Numbered from the stretch's first letter, positions 9,184 to 20,777 are shown. The stretch: 64,000 bases of DNA from Geobacteraceae bacterium (GCA_017861285.1 JAGFXO010000001.1:115-64114); one strand, 5' to 3'. The notes: generated by a model from the letters alone, not told the origin. Made by a program: numbers and translations.

Positions 9184-12100
9184 TCAGGCCATAACGATCA
9201 GCAGATCGTCCTTGTCAACCTTGTCCCCCTCTTCGAACTTCACTTCCCTTATCTTGCCGTCTTCCTTGGCCTTGATATTGGTCTCCATCTTCATTGCCTC
9301 GGTCACTATGAGAATATCGCCGGCCTTGACCTCGTCACCGACCCTTACGCATACCTTGAGAACTCTCCCCGGCATCGGCGCTCCGACATGAAGTGAATTG
9401 AACTTGTCCGCCTTCTCATGTTCCGAAACCTCCGAAACAACAGATTGGTCGCGCACCGTTACTTGACGTGCCAGACCGTTCAATTCGAAGTAAATGTTCC
9501 TGGTGCCGTCCTGATGGACACTGCCGATCGCATTGAGCTTGATAATCAGCGTTTTCCCCGGATCTATTTCCACGGCAGTTTCCTGGCCGGGCTCCAGCCC
9601 GTAGAAGAAAATCGGCGTGGGGATTACGGATGTATCCGAAAAGGTTATCTGGTGTTTGTGGAATTCCGGATAAACGTTCGGGTAGAGAATATGGGAAAGA
9701 AGGCTCTTTTCATCGACCGACCAGCCGAATTTCGCCTTAACCTTCCTTTTCTCCTCCTCGAAGTCCACCGGTTCCAGCAACTCGCCGGGACGGCAGGTTA
9801 TCGGCTCCTCTCCCTTGAGAACAATTTTCTGCAGCTTTTCCGGGAATCCCTGGTACGGTTGTCCGATCATGCCCTTGAAGAAGCCGACAACCGACTCGGG
9901 GAACGTCAATTCCTCACCCTTGGTGAAGACATCCTCGACGCCAAGGTTGTTTTTGACCAGAAACATCGCCATATCCCCGACAACCTTTGACGAGGGCGTA
10001 ACTTTGATGATATCCCCGAAAAGGATATTTACCTGGTGGTACATCTCCTTGCACTCTTCCCATCGGTCAAGCAGACCGAGTCCGGCAACCTGAGGCTTGT
10101 AATTGGAATACTGGCCACCGGGAATCTCATGGTGGTAGACCTCCGCGGTCCCGCTCTTCAGGCCGGATTCGAATGGAGCATAATAATCCCTTACAGTCTC
10201 CCAGTAATTGGCCAGTTTCTGCAGACCTGCCTCGTTGAGCCCCGGGTCCCACTCCGTGCCTCTCAGCGCTGCAATTATCGCATTGAGATTCGGTTGGGAC
10301 GTCAACCCGGAAATCGATGAGAGTGCGGCATCGACGATATCCACACCTGCCTGGCAGGCCATGAGTATCGAGGCCTCCCCATTCCCTGAAGTATCGTGCG
10401 TATGAAAGTGGACCGGTATGCCGATCTCCTCTTTCAGCGCTTTCACCAGCTTATACGCGGCAAATGGCTTGAGAAGGCCCGCCATGTCCTTGATACCGAG
10501 GATATGAGCACCCATCCGCTCAAGTTCCCTGGCAAGAGAAACATAATAGTCGAGAGGGTACTTGTCCCGCTTCGGATCGGTAATATCACCTGTATAGCAG
10601 ATGGAAGCTTCGCATATCTTGCCCGTATTCCGGACAGACTCCATGGCCACCTTCATACCCCTGATCCAGTTGAGGGAATCGAACACCCGGAACACGTCTA
10701 TTCCCGACTCAGCCGCCTCTGCAACGAAACGCTGTACAACATTGTCCGGGTAGTTCGTATACCCCACGGCATTGGAACCGCGCAGCAGCATCTGGAACAG
10801 GATGTTGGGGGCGGCTTCCGACAACTTGTGCAGCCTCTCCCACGGACATTCCTTAAGGAAACGCATGGCAACGTCGAATGTCGCGCCACCCCACATCTCA
10901 AGGGAGAAGAGATCCGCCGCAAGATGCGAAGTCGGCTCGGCAATCCTGAGCAGATCATGGGTTCTGACCCTTGTCGCGAGCAGCGACTGGTGCGCGTCGC
11001 GCATCGTAGTGTCGGTAATCAGCAGCCTGTCATGCTCCATGATCCATTGTACAAGCCCTTCTGCGCCCTGTTCCCGTAATCTGTCGCGGGTTCCGTAAGG
11101 GCGCGGAGCCGTCGTGTCCATGTCCGGAATTTTCGGCTCGAGCAATTCCGCAGACCTGAGCGGTTTGCTGATGCCTGGAGAACCGTTGACGATCACATTG
11201 CCAATGAAATTGAGTATCTTCGTCGCTCGATCCTTTTTCTCGCTCATTTTCATGAGTTCGGGATGCTTGTCGATAAAGGAGGTGTCACATTGCCCGTCCA
11301 GGAATATCGGGTGAGTAACGACATTTTCCAGAAAAGGTATATTGGTCTTGACTCCGCGAATGCGGAACTCCCGCAGCGAGCGGTCCATGACCTGGGCAGC
11401 CTCTCTCAGGGTGTGCCCCAGCGTGCTGATCTTGACGAGCAGGGAATCGTAAAACGGTGTAATGTGTGCACCGGTAAAGGCATTCCCGGCATCGAGACGC
11501 ACACCGTAACCGCCCGGAGAGCGGTATGCCTTGAGTGTACCGAAATCGGGAGCAAAATTGTTCGCCGGATCCTCGGTAGTAATGCGGCACTGGATCGCAT
11601 ACCCGCGCATGTCGATGGCCTTCTGGTCGGGAATGCCGATTTCCGGGTCTGATAATTTGTACCCCTCCGCCACAAGAATCTGTTTCTGAACCAGATTCCT
11701 CCCTGTTATCATCTCGGTGACGGTATGTTCCACCTGAATGCGGGGATTCATCTCGATAAAATAAAAGGTACCTTCCTGGTCAAGCAGAAATTCAATGGTC
11801 CCGGCATTGCGGTATTTAACCTTCCGGGCGATCTTGAGGGCCTCGTTGCAAATCTCTTCACGTATTTCCGGTGTCAGGCTGAGTGACGGAGCAAACTCGA
11901 CCACTTTCTGGTGACGTCGCTGAATGGAGCAATCGCGCTCGAAGAAATGTACCAGGTTGCCATGATTGTCACCAAGGATCTGTACCTCGATATGCTTCGG
12001 GTTTTCGATGAATCGCTCCAGGAAAACGGCCGGATTGCCGAAAGCTGTCTTGGCCTCGCTCCGCGCACTTGCAATCCCTTCTATCAGCTCCTTGCGATCG

Positions 12101-12627
12101 CGGGCGATGCGCATGCCACGACCGCCGCCTCCCGCTGCAGCTTTTACCATGATCGGGTACCCATAGTTCTTGGCAAATTTGAGGGCGTCCTCTTCAGACT
12201 CTATGGGTTTGTCGGTTCCAGGTACAACCCGTACACCGGCCGCTATTGCAACATGACGAGCGGCAATCTTGTCGCCCACGCTTCGCTGCATCCCGGCGGT
12301 AGGACCGATGAAAACGATCCCGGCTGCCTCGCATTTTTCAGCAAACTCAGGGTTTTCAGAAAGAAAACCGTACCCCGGGTGAATAGCGTCGACATTCTTC
12401 TTCCTGGCCAGTGAAATGATTTCGTCAATTCCCAGATAAGCATCAACAGGGCTCTTTCCCTTACCGATAAGATATGCCTCATCTGCCTTATATCTATACA
12501 GGGAGAGCTTGTCTTCCTGTGAATATATTGCTACCGTGTTGATGCCAAGTTCCGCACAAGCACGGAATATGCGGATGGCTATCTCTCCCCGATTGGCGGC
12601 CATTACTTTTTTGAATTTTCTTTTCAT
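9184..12627 (-). CDS. pyc: Pyruvate carboxylase, single-chain
   Basis: About 1147 aa from the ATG at 12627 (AGGAG RBS). Biotin carboxylase N-terminus, carboxyltransferase domain, and C-terminal biotinyl motif EAMKME. Confidence 0.95.
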   Translation of the reverse strand: MKRKFKKVMAANRGEIAIRIFRACAELGINTVAIYSQEDKLSLYRYKADEAYLIGKGKSPVDAYLGIDEIISLARKKNVDAIHPGYGFLSENPEFAEKCEAAGIVFIGPTAGMQRSVGDKIAARHVAIAAGVRVVPGTDKPIESEEDALKFAKNYGYPIMVKAAAGGGGRGMRIARDRKELIEGIASARSEAKTAFGNPAVFLERFIENPKHIEVQILGDNHGNLVHFFERDCSIQRRHQKVVEFAPSLSLTPEIREEICNEALKIARKVKYRNAGTIEFLLDQEGTFYFIEMNPRIQVEHTVTEMITGRNLVQKQILVAEGYKLSDPEIGIPDQKAIDMRGYAIQCRITTEDPANNFAPDFGTLKAYRSPGGYGVRLDAGNAFTGAHITPFYDSLLVKISTLGHTLREAAQVMDRSLREFRIRGVKTNIPFLENVVTHPIFLDGQCDTSFIDKHPELMKMSEKKDRATKILNFIGNVIVNGSPGISKPLRSAELLEPKIPDMDTTAPRPYGTRDRLREQGAEGLVQWIMEHDRLLITDTTMRDAHQSLLATRVRTHDLLRIAEPTSHLAADLFSLEMWGGATFDVAMRFLKECPWERLHKLSEAAPNILFQMLLRGSNAVGYTNYPDNVVQRFVAEAAESGIDVFRVFDSLNWIRGMKVAMESVRNTGKICEASICYTGDITDPKRDKYPLDYYVSLARELERMGAHILGIKDMAGLLKPFAAYKLVKALKEEIGIPVHFHTHDTSGNGEASILMACQAGVDIVDAALSSISGLTSQPNLNAIIAALRGTEWDPGLNEAGLQKLANYWETVRDYYAPFESGLKSGTAEVYHHEIPGGQYSNYKPQVAGLGLLDRWEECKEMYHQVNILFGDIIKVTPSSKVVGDMAMFLVKNNLGVEDVFTKGEELTFPESVVGFFKGMIGQPYQGFPEKLQKIVLKGEEPITCRPGELLEPVDFEEEKRKVKAKFGWSVDEKSLLSHILYPNVYPEFHKHQITFSDTSVIPTPIFFYGLEPGQETAVEIDPGKTLIIKLNAIGSVHQDGTRNIYFELNGLARQVTVRDQSVVSEVSEHEKADKFNSLHVGAPMPGRVLKVCVRVGDEVKAGDILIVTEAMKMETNIKAKEDGKIREVKFEEGDKVDKDDLLIVMA

Positions 12628-12901
12628 TTTCAGGGCTCCTGGATCACATTTTAATAGAAGCAAAACAAATTGCAGCGGGAAGAAAACCACCATTTCGTAT
12701 TAAAATAATGCAATCTTCCTGATTTTTCATACATTTCCAGTAATTTCGTATAAAACCAGATTCAAAAAACAATGTCAACCGGATAATTTTTCGCACACCA
12801 CAATACCAGAGCATTCATGGGATTCCATATAAATTCTTTCCATAATCCATACAACGTGTTACACTTCCCCGGTCAAAATTAAAACAAAGAGGAGAACTTG
12901 A

Positions 12902-13924
12902 ATGAATATTCCCCACAAAACAATAGTGCGGACGTTCTGCACGGGGCTTGCCCTTTTTTTCGCCCTGAGCGGCATTGCCGTAGGTGCCGAAAAGAAGAAA
13001 GCCAAACCTGTTCAGCAGACCGCTGCACCTTCAAAACCGGCCGAGTTAATGGCAAAAGTCAACGGTGTCGACATTACCCGCGACGAGGTGGACAGGGCTG
13101 TCAAAATAATGCTTTCCCAGAGCAAGGCGCCGAAACCGTTGCCCGAGGACATGATGAAGAAAGCCGAAACCGCGGCACTGAACCAGCTCATTGCTTCCGA
13201 ACTCCTCTACCAGGCCGGCAAAAAGTTGGACATCAAGGATCTCGACAAACAGGTGGACGAGCAGATTGCGCTGAGAAAAGCGCAATTCCCGTCGACTGCC
13301 GAATATGAGAAAATCCTCAAGGAAACCGGCCTGTCGGAAAAAGATCTGAAGCTTCTCATGCGCAAGGAAATAGTGATCAACAACCTGCTGGAGAAGGAAG
13401 TGGCTTCGAAGGTCAAGGTTACCGATGAAGAGGTCAAGAAGTTTTACGACGACAACAAGGAAAAATTCAAAACCGAGGAAAGCGTTCGTGCAAGCCATAT
13501 CCTGATTGGCGTTGACGAAAAGGCTTCCGCCGCGGACAAGAAAAAGGCGAAAGAAAAGGCTGAAGCAATCCGCAAGAGGGTCGCTGGCGGAGAGGATTTC
13601 GCTGCCGTAGCCAAGAAGGAGTCAACGTGCCCGAGCGCGCCCCAGGGCGGAGACCTGGGATTTTTCACCAAAGGGCAGATGGTTCCGGAATTCGAAAAGG
13701 CCGCTTTTGCCCTGAAACCCGCTGAAGTCAGTGATGTTGTGGAAACGAAGTTCGGTTACCACATCATCAAAGCCCAGGAAAAGAAAGCTGCGGGAACCGT
13801 ATCTTTCGACGAGGCGAAAAAGAATATCGGCGAGTACCTGAAAGCCCAGAAAATCCAGAAGGGCGTCAATGAGTATCTTGAAAAACTCCGCAAGGATGCC
13901 AAAATAGAAATGATGAAAAGTTAA
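12902..13924 (+). CDS. Periplasmic parvulin-type peptidyl-prolyl isomerase (SurA/PrsA-like)
   Basis: 340 aa. Signal peptide, SurA-like N-domain, and a rotamase domain (SHILI...GGDLGFF...VPEFE). GAGGAG RBS. Confidence 0.85.
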   Translation: MNIPHKTIVRTFCTGLALFFALSGIAVGAEKKKAKPVQQTAAPSKPAELMAKVNGVDITRDEVDRAVKIMLSQSKAPKPLPEDMMKKAETAALNQLIASELLYQAGKKLDIKDLDKQVDEQIALRKAQFPSTAEYEKILKETGLSEKDLKLLMRKEIVINNLLEKEVASKVKVTDEEVKKFYDDNKEKFKTEESVRASHILIGVDEKASAADKKKAKEKAEAIRKRVAGGEDFAAVAKKESTCPSAPQGGDLGFFTKGQMVPEFEKAAFALKPAEVSDVVETKFGYHIIKAQEKKAAGTVSFDEAKKNIGEYLKAQKIQKGVNEYLEKLRKDAKIEMMKS

Positions 13925-13960
13925 AAGAGAATCCCCATAAAAGAGACTACAGCAGGCAGT

Positions 13961-13999
13961 AAAAATCCCTCTCCTTTTTCGGAGAGGGATTTTCTTTTG
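13961..13999. terminator. Bidirectional rho-independent terminator
   Basis: Stem ATCCCTCTCC/GGAGAGGGAT with a 6-nt loop, flanked by an A-run upstream and TTTCTTTT downstream. Located between convergent genes. Confidence 0.7.
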
Positions 14000-14009
14000 C
14001 ACAATCATC

Positions 14010-14765
14010 CTATTTCTTCATGAACATGCTCAAGAGATCAATCGGCACAGGGAAAATAGTCGTGGAGTTTTTCTCGGTCGCTATCTCGGTGAGCGTCTGC
14101 AGGAAGCGCAATTGAAGGGACATGGGTTCTCCGGCCAGCACGGCGGCCGCCTGGGCCAGTTTCTCGGAGGCCTGCAATTCACCCTCCGCATGGATGACTT
14201 TCGCGCGACGCTCGCGCTCCGCTTCCGCCTGTTTGGCAATGGCCCGCAACATCTCCTGCGGCAGGTCGATATTCTTGACCTCGACATTGGATACTTTCAC
14301 ACCCCATGGTCCCGTGTGACGGTCGAGGATTTCCTGAAGTTCCTTGTTAATTTTTTCCCGGTTGGCGAGGAGTTCGTCGAAATCCACCTGTCCAAGGACG
14401 CTTCGCAGGGTTGTCTGGGAAAGCTGACTGGTGGCATACAGGAAGTTCTCCACTTCAACGATTGCCTTTTCCGGGGCTATGACGCGGAAATAGATGACAG
14501 CCGAAACCTTTACCGTCACATTATCATGGGTGATGACATCCTGCGGCGGTACGTCGAAGGCCACAGTCCTCAGAGAGACCTTCACCAGACGGTCGATGCC
14601 GGGAATGATGAAGAACAGCCCCGGGCCCCTGACACCTGCCAGCCGTCCCAGTCGGAAAAGAACCCCGCGCTCGTATTCCGGAAGTATCCGGACGGCGCTT
14701 GCGGCAAACATTGCCGCAAGTATTATGACAAAAACCAGGGGCACCATATTGAATATTGCATCCAT
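14010..14765 (-). CDS. SPFH/band-7 (stomatin-like) protein
   Basis: 251 aa. N-terminal TM followed by an SPFH domain. Paired with the upstream NfeD gene. Confidence 0.9.
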   Translation of the reverse strand: MDAIFNMVPLVFVIILAAMFAASAVRILPEYERGVLFRLGRLAGVRGPGLFFIIPGIDRLVKVSLRTVAFDVPPQDVITHDNVTVKVSAVIYFRVIAPEKAIVEVENFLYATSQLSQTTLRSVLGQVDFDELLANREKINKELQEILDRHTGPWGVKVSNVEVKNIDLPQEMLRAIAKQAEAERERRAKVIHAEGELQASEKLAQAAAVLAGEPMSLQLRFLQTLTEIATEKNSTTIFPVPIDLLSMFMKK

Positions 14766-14826
14766 TTCACTACCTCCCGAGATAAGTTGGCAACGTGGTT
14801 TGAAACCGGGATTTCCCGGTTTAAGG

Positions 14827-16122
14827 CTATTCCAGCTGTTTGCTTCCGGTTGCCGTTTTCCTGACTTTCAGTCGCATCCCCTCAACAGCCGTTACGACAA
14901 TTTTATCACCCTGTCTAATGGATTCATCGCTCCATGCATCCCAGTACTCGCCCCTGACAAAGACTTTCCCCTCTGGAAGTATGTCGGAGTCGGCTTTTCC
15001 CTCTTCTCCAATCAATCCCTCCCTGCCGGACGACGGTTTTTGCCGGTGAGCCCTGACGGACCTGGTTATGGCAAAATACGCAAAAAGCGAGACAGCAGCA
15101 ACCGTGATGAGGATGACACTCCATGAAACCCTCAAATACGGTTCCGGCGATTCAAACAGAAGCAACGACCCCAATACCATTGAAATCACCCCTCCGACAG
15201 ACAACATACCGTGAGAGACTATTTTAATCTCGGCAATGAACAGGATAATCGCCAGGATTATGAGCAGGACGCCGGCATAATTGACAGGCAACGTCTGGAA
15301 TGCGAAAAATGCAAGGATAAGAGAGATCCCGCCGATGACCCCCGGCAGAATGACACCCGGATTCGAAAGTTCGAAGAACAGACCGAGGAGACCGAGCATC
15401 ATGAGCACATAAGCGACATTCGGATTGCTGATGGCATCCAGGATCTTTTCCCGTGTCCCCATATCGTGCTTTTCTACCCTTGCTCCAGCCAGTATCAGCG
15501 CAATCTTTTTCCCATCCCTCATGAAGAAACGGCCTTCAATTTTTTTAAGCAGGTCGGGACGGTCGGAGGCGATCATATCGATAACCCCCAACTCCAGGGC
15601 CTTTTCCGCGGAATACGAAATACTGCCACGAACCATTTTCTTTGCTTCTTCGGCGTTTCTTCCCCTTTTTCCGGCAATCCCCTCTACGTATGCAACGGCA
15701 TCGTTGAGAATCTTATCCTGCATTATCTTGTCAGGCTTCTCCCCCAGGGAAACTGGATGAGCCGCCCCGATATTGGTTCCTGACGCCATGGCGCAGATAT
15801 CTGCCGACAGTGCGATGATGGCACCGGCAGAAGCGGCCCTGGCACCCGAAGGGGCAACAAAAACCGCGACGGGAACCGGACTGGCAAAAATCTCTTTTAT
15901 GATATCGCGCATTGCACTGTCCAGTCCTCCGGGGGTATCCATCTCAATCAGAAAAAGTCGCTCCTTCCGCTGGGCTGCCTGTTTTAGATTCCCTGCGACA
16001 TAATTCGCCGTAACCGGATTTACAGGCCCGTTAATGCTGACGACACGTATGATACCCTCGGCATGCGCGTCAAACACCATGCAAAAGAGCATCAGGATGA
16101 AGACGATGAGCAATTTTCCCAT
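14827..16122 (-). CDS. NfeD-family membrane-bound ClpP-class serine protease
   Basis: About 431 aa from the ATG at 16122 (AGGAGA RBS). Signal peptide, ClpP-like domain, multi-TM region and a C-terminal OB (NfeD) domain. Confidence 0.85.
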   Translation of the reverse strand: MGKLLIVFILMLFCMVFDAHAEGIIRVVSINGPVNPVTANYVAGNLKQAAQRKERLFLIEMDTPGGLDSAMRDIIKEIFASPVPVAVFVAPSGARAASAGAIIALSADICAMASGTNIGAAHPVSLGEKPDKIMQDKILNDAVAYVEGIAGKRGRNAEEAKKMVRGSISYSAEKALELGVIDMIASDRPDLLKKIEGRFFMRDGKKIALILAGARVEKHDMGTREKILDAISNPNVAYVLMMLGLLGLFFELSNPGVILPGVIGGISLILAFFAFQTLPVNYAGVLLIILAIILFIAEIKIVSHGMLSVGGVISMVLGSLLLFESPEPYLRVSWSVILITVAAVSLFAYFAITRSVRAHRQKPSSGREGLIGEEGKADSDILPEGKVFVRGEYWDAWSDESIRQGDKIVVTAVEGMRLKVRKTATGSKQLE

Positions 16123-16239
16123 AATTTCTCCTGAACCGGACATGGTAAATAGTATACCACCAGCGTAGCTCAGTCAAATGGAGCCTTGCCAGTTTCGTCG
16201 ATATATGCTATTTTTGCCGTCAAATATCAAGGAGTTGCA

Positions 16240-17610
16240 ATGAGGGACCGCGCAAGGATTCTTTTGATCGAAGATGAGGAGTTGAGCAGGGAATCGCTCT
16301 CACGCCTTCTGAAATCGGCGGGTTTTACCGTAAAAGGTGCCGCCTCGGGCGAAATGGCGATGCAACTCCTCGCTCTGGAGAAATTCGATATTGTTGTTAC
16401 GGACCTCTTCCTCCCCGATGCAAACGGCATAGATATCCTGAAAAAGGTCAAGGGCAATTCCCCCCGAACGGAAGTTATTCTCATTACCGGCCACGCATCG
16501 GCCGAAACCGCCGTCAAGGCAATGAAGGAAGGGGCATATGACTACATCACCAAACCCCTGAATTTTGAAGAGCTTCAGATTATTTTGACAAAAGCCATGG
16601 AAAAGCACCAACTGCTGAACGAGAACGTGTATCTCCGCAAGCAGTTGCGCGAAAAATATGGATTTGCAAATATAGTCGGCAATTCACCCGCCATGCAGAA
16701 GGTTTTCTCCCGCATCAGCAGGGTCACCAATACGGAATCTACCGTCCTCGTTCTCGGAGAATCGGGAACGGGAAAAGAACTGGTGGCAAAAGCCATCCAT
16801 TTTAACGGCCCCCGTAAGGACAAACCCTTTATTGCAGTCAATTGCGCGGCGATTCCCGAGACTCTTCTGGAAAGTGAGCTTTACGGCCACCTCAAGGGTT
16901 CTTTTACCGGTGCGATCAGGGACAAGATCGGCAAATTCGAGGCGGCCAATTGCGGAACGATTTTTCTCGATGAAATAGGCACCATGCCGATACACCTGCA
17001 GACCAAGCTGCTGAGGGTGCTCCAGGAGCAGGAGGTCGAAAAAATCGGCTCCACCAGGCCGGTAAAGCTTGATGTGCGGGTCATTTCCGCAACCAATATC
17101 AACCTCGAAGAGGAAGTAAAAAAGGGAAATTTCAGGGAGGATCTTTTTTACAGGCTCAATGTGATACCCATAGTCATCCCCCCGCTGCGGGAGCGTGTTG
17201 AAGACATCCTTGCTCTCAGCAAATATTTCATAGAAAAATATTGCGCGGAAATGAAGCATCCCTTCATGACCATCTCGAAAGAAGCCCTGGAGACCCTTGA
17301 GCTCTACCACTGGCCAGGAAACGTGCGTGAATTGGAAAACATGATGGAACGGATCGTTGCACTGACGGATGGAGATTCAATTACATTGCTGGATATTCCC
17401 TCCAATATCAGGGAACAGGTCATGACCAAGGTTACTGAACGGGGAGTCGACCTGACCAGGGCCATCAATGAAATGGAGCGTCAGATGATTACCGAGGCGC
17501 TTGCCCTCTCGAAGGGTGTCAAGGCCCAGGCGGCGGCAATGCTCAAACTGAACCGTACTACCCTGGTCGAAAAAATGCGGCGTCTCGGAATAGACGGCAA
17601 CAACTCGTAA
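16240..17610 (+). CDS. Sigma-54-dependent response regulator (NtrC family)
   Basis: Receiver domain, AAA+ domain (GESGTGKE, ESELYGH...GSFTGA) and a C-terminal Fis-type HTH. AAGGAG RBS before the ATG at 16240. Confidence 0.9.
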   Translation: MRDRARILLIEDEELSRESLSRLLKSAGFTVKGAASGEMAMQLLALEKFDIVVTDLFLPDANGIDILKKVKGNSPRTEVILITGHASAETAVKAMKEGAYDYITKPLNFEELQIILTKAMEKHQLLNENVYLRKQLREKYGFANIVGNSPAMQKVFSRISRVTNTESTVLVLGESGTGKELVAKAIHFNGPRKDKPFIAVNCAAIPETLLESELYGHLKGSFTGAIRDKIGKFEAANCGTIFLDEIGTMPIHLQTKLLRVLQEQEVEKIGSTRPVKLDVRVISATNINLEEEVKKGNFREDLFYRLNVIPIVIPPLRERVEDILALSKYFIEKYCAEMKHPFMTISKEALETLELYHWPGNVRELENMMERIVALTDGDSITLLDIPSNIREQVMTKVTERGVDLTRAINEMERQMITEALALSKGVKAQAAAMLKLNRTTLVEKMRRLGIDGNNS

Positions 17611-17632
17611 CCGGCGGCCGGCGGCGAGATTT

Positions 17633-18499
17633 TTATTGCTTTTTCCTTATCTCCGGGACGGGCAATCCCATGCGCCGCAGCACCTGGACCATATCTTCCC
17701 AGACGATCCACCTCATTTCAGGCCCGTTTCTCAGCAGAAACGAAGGATGAAAAGTAGGCATAAGCGGGATTCCATGGTAATCATGAAACCTGCCACGAAG
17801 TTTTGAGATCGGTTCCTTCGTCCCGAGAAGCGTCTGGACCGCAAAGGTTCCCAGAGCTACAATGACCTCGGGACCGATAGCTCGCAGTTGTCGAAGCAGA
17901 TACTGATGACACGCCTCAATCTCCGCTGGCGAAGGGTTCCTGTTACCCGGGGGCCTGCATTTCAAAACGTTGCAGATATATACTTCTTCCCGGCTCAGGC
18001 CCATCCTGCGGATCATGTTCGTAAGCAGTTCACCCGCTTTCCCCACAAAGGGAATACCCTGAAGGTCCTCATCCCGACCGGGGGCTTCACCTACGAAAAC
18101 CACCCGCGCTTCGGGACTTCCGTCCCCGAAAACCAGATTCGTCCTGGTATTTCCCAGGGGACAGCGAACGCATTTTTCAAGTTCAATCCTGATATCATCG
18201 AGGGTTTCGCCGTCTGCCATACCTGCCGTTTCGGCCCTGCCGGCTTCTTCCCCAAGATCTCCTACGTCCGTTGCCTGCTGTCCGGAGTCAACGCAGGAAA
18301 CCTCTTTTGCGGAGCAGCAAACTTCAGCGGCACGCTCATTCCTTTCCTCCGCCTTGTGCGGATCAAAGGGAAGGCCATCTACCCCGGTATCAAGCAATTC
18401 CTCGAGATATACCCGTAAGGAATGTATCGTCTGCTGCAAATCATCATGTATACTCACTGGAAATCCTTCCAATTTCAACCGCGGACTATGAACTTTCAT
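17633..18499 (-). CDS. Family-4 uracil-DNA glycosylase with an N-terminal extension of about 110 aa
   Basis: GEAPGRDEDLQGIPFVGKAG motif and a CxxC...C Fe-S ligand pattern. Confidence 0.8.
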   Translation of the reverse strand: MKVHSPRLKLEGFPVSIHDDLQQTIHSLRVYLEELLDTGVDGLPFDPHKAEERNERAAEVCCSAKEVSCVDSGQQATDVGDLGEEAGRAETAGMADGETLDDIRIELEKCVRCPLGNTRTNLVFGDGSPEARVVFVGEAPGRDEDLQGIPFVGKAGELLTNMIRRMGLSREEVYICNVLKCRPPGNRNPSPAEIEACHQYLLRQLRAIGPEVIVALGTFAVQTLLGTKEPISKLRGRFHDYHGIPLMPTFHPSFLLRNGPEMRWIVWEDMVQVLRRMGLPVPEIRKKQ

Positions 18500-18560
18500 C
18501 CGGATCCACCTGACAGAGACCCTTTACATTTCTATAATTATCTACTATTCTGTTTTCAAT

Positions 18561-19502
18561 ATGTTACTTTGGTTCATACCTTTGCTGATCGTACTGCTTA
18601 TACCCCACGAAGCTTTTGCCTGGGGAGCGGGATTTCATCTGCAACTGGGTTCCTCGGTATTGAGCAACCTGCACCTCATCGAACCGGCAATCGCATCCGT
18701 TATAGCCCAGTTCCCCAACGATTTCCTCTATGGCTGCATTGCAGCCGACATAACGATCGGAAAGAAATTCACCCATTACCTGCAGCATTGCCACAGATGG
18801 CCAATCGGATTCAAGATCCTGGAAAACACCGAAAGCAGGCTGCAAAAGGCCTGTGCGTATGGCTATCTTGCACACCTTGCGGCCGACACCATCGCACACA
18901 ACTACTTCGTACCGTATAAAGTAATGCGGAGCTTCTCTACACTGACCCTCAAGCATACCTACTGGGAGATGCGCTTTGAGAGCCTCGTCGAAAAGGACAT
19001 GTGGGAGATCGGGAAAAAGGTTTCCATGGAACACTACAAGCTCAATGATGAGTTATTGCGCGCCCAGGTGGCCGGAACCATTTTTTCCTTCGATACGAAC
19101 AAACGCATATTCAATTCCATCATTCTCCTGAGCAGGCTGGAAAAATGGCAGAAGGTGTTGACAACCTTGTCAAATAATTCAAGGTATGTGCTTGAGCCCG
19201 GCGACCGGGACGAATATGCATCGATGGCTGAGGAGGCCGTTTTCGATTTCCTTAATGGTCTCGAACACTCCAGGTATTTCAAAGCCGACCCGACGGGAGA
19301 AATGGCGCTTAAAACAGCTGAGGCCGTGCGGAAAAACCTGAGGCTATTGTACAAAAGCGGCAAAATCACCAAGGCGCAGGCCATGGAACAACTGGACGAG
19401 ATGAAAGGGAAGCTGCGCAAAGCGATCTGTTCTCCGCACCACCTTCAGGAAATCCAGTCTGCACGAAAAAGAATCCACGGCAGGGTCCTGTCGCGCCGGT
19501 AA
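18561..19502 (+). CDS. Zinc-dependent phospholipase C-like family protein
   Basis: 313 aa. Signal/TM segment followed by WG..H, CIAADI and HLAADTIAHN histidine/aspartate motifs. Confidence 0.6.
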   Translation: MLLWFIPLLIVLLIPHEAFAWGAGFHLQLGSSVLSNLHLIEPAIASVIAQFPNDFLYGCIAADITIGKKFTHYLQHCHRWPIGFKILENTESRLQKACAYGYLAHLAADTIAHNYFVPYKVMRSFSTLTLKHTYWEMRFESLVEKDMWEIGKKVSMEHYKLNDELLRAQVAGTIFSFDTNKRIFNSIILLSRLEKWQKVLTTLSNNSRYVLEPGDRDEYASMAEEAVFDFLNGLEHSRYFKADPTGEMALKTAEAVRKNLRLLYKSGKITKAQAMEQLDEMKGKLRKAICSPHHLQEIQSARKRIHGRVLSRR

Positions 19503-19525
19503 AAAAAGCGCTCCGGGGAATGCCC

Positions 19526-20734
19526 CTATGCGTCCCTCCTGCGTTGCAGATACAGCATCCTGTCCAGTATGATGTCCGCAAGCTCACTTTTGAGCATCAT
19601 CGGCAGGTCCTCGACCGTCCCGTCACGAAACAGAAGCTTGACCACATTCGTATCCACCGCAAATCCGGCTCCTTCACTGCTTACATCATTAGCGACAATC
19701 ATATCCAGATTCTTCCTGCGCAACTTCTCCCCCGCGTTTTCCTGCAGATTATCAGTTTCCGCGGCGAAGCCCGCAAGGAGTCTGTCTTCTTTCATCACGC
19801 CGAGTTCCGCAAGGATGTCGGGGTTTTTAACCAGCTGCAGAGTATTTGTCGCATCTTTTTTCTTGATTTTTTCCCCACTGCGGGTCATCGGCCGGTAATC
19901 CGCAACTGCGGCGGTCATGATGGCGATACTGCTTTTGCCGAAATACCCGAGAACTGCCGACCTCATCTCCTCAGCCGTCACAACACGGACAGTCTCCACT
20001 CCATAAGGATCATCAAGGCAGGTTGGACCGGATATCAGGGTAACGGCCGCGCCTCTGCGGAATGCGGCCATGGCAAGAGCATAGCCCATCTTTCCGGAAG
20101 AGTGATTGCTGAGGAAGCGTACGGGGTCGATTTCTTCACGGGTAGGTCCGGCAGTTATGAGCACCTGTTCTCCGGCAAGGTCCTTGACGGACAGGGCGGC
20201 AACGATCTCTTCAAAGATGAACACGGGGTCCTGGAGTTTTCCCTCCCCTTCCCACCCGCAGGCAAGCATGCCCTTCACCGGCTCCACGAACAGGAACCCG
20301 TGCCTCCTGAGCTTCTCGACATTCTCCCGATAGAGGGGATTCTGGTACATATTGACATTCATCGCGGGCGCCAAAAGTACCGGTGCCCTGGTTGCCATTA
20401 CCGTCGTGGAGAGCAGATCATCGGCTATTCCGGCAGCAATTTTCCCGATGACACTCGCGGTTGCGGGGGCAATCACCAGAATGTCGGCACGGTCGGCCAG
20501 CGAAATGTGGCTTATCTCTCTCTCCGAAATGAGGTTGAACATGTCCGTATGGACCGGATTCATGGAGAGAGTCTGAAACGTCAGCGGCGCGATAAATTCC
20601 ATGGCATTCGCGGTCATGACAACGCGGACGTTCGCCCCTGCCTTCGTCAGAAGACGCAGCAGTTCTACAGCCTTATAAGCAGCAATCCCGCCGGTTACCC
20701 CGAGAACTATCTCTTTCCCTTTCAGCATTTTCAA
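19526..20734 (-). CDS. coaBC: Bifunctional phosphopantothenoylcysteine decarboxylase / phosphopantothenate-cysteine ligase
   Basis: 402 aa with an N-terminal flavoprotein domain and a C-terminal DFP ligase domain. Confidence 0.95.
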   Translation of the reverse strand: MKMLKGKEIVLGVTGGIAAYKAVELLRLLTKAGANVRVVMTANAMEFIAPLTFQTLSMNPVHTDMFNLISEREISHISLADRADILVIAPATASVIGKIAAGIADDLLSTTVMATRAPVLLAPAMNVNMYQNPLYRENVEKLRRHGFLFVEPVKGMLACGWEGEGKLQDPVFIFEEIVAALSVKDLAGEQVLITAGPTREEIDPVRFLSNHSSGKMGYALAMAAFRRGAAVTLISGPTCLDDPYGVETVRVVTAEEMRSAVLGYFGKSSIAIMTAAVADYRPMTRSGEKIKKKDATNTLQLVKNPDILAELGVMKEDRLLAGFAAETDNLQENAGEKLRRKNLDMIVANDVSSEGAGFAVDTNVVKLLFRDGTVEDLPMMLKSELADIILDRMLYLQRRRDA

Positions 20735-20777
20735 ACCTCATTGAAGACGTGAAGATCGCGAAGAAATCCTGAAGCAT

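Noticed and set aside
17611-17632. GC-rich CCGGCGGCCGGCGG block between the NtrC-type gene and UDG, considered as a shared terminator
   Set aside because: No stem with a viable loop can be drawn, and only a short T-run follows.
19520-20752. 410-aa plus-strand ORF covering the whole coaBC locus
   Set aside because: It is a mirror-frame antisense ORF of a well-supported gene. The sequence is low-complexity and Arg/Gly/His-rich with no motifs, which is typical of GC-biased antisense frames.
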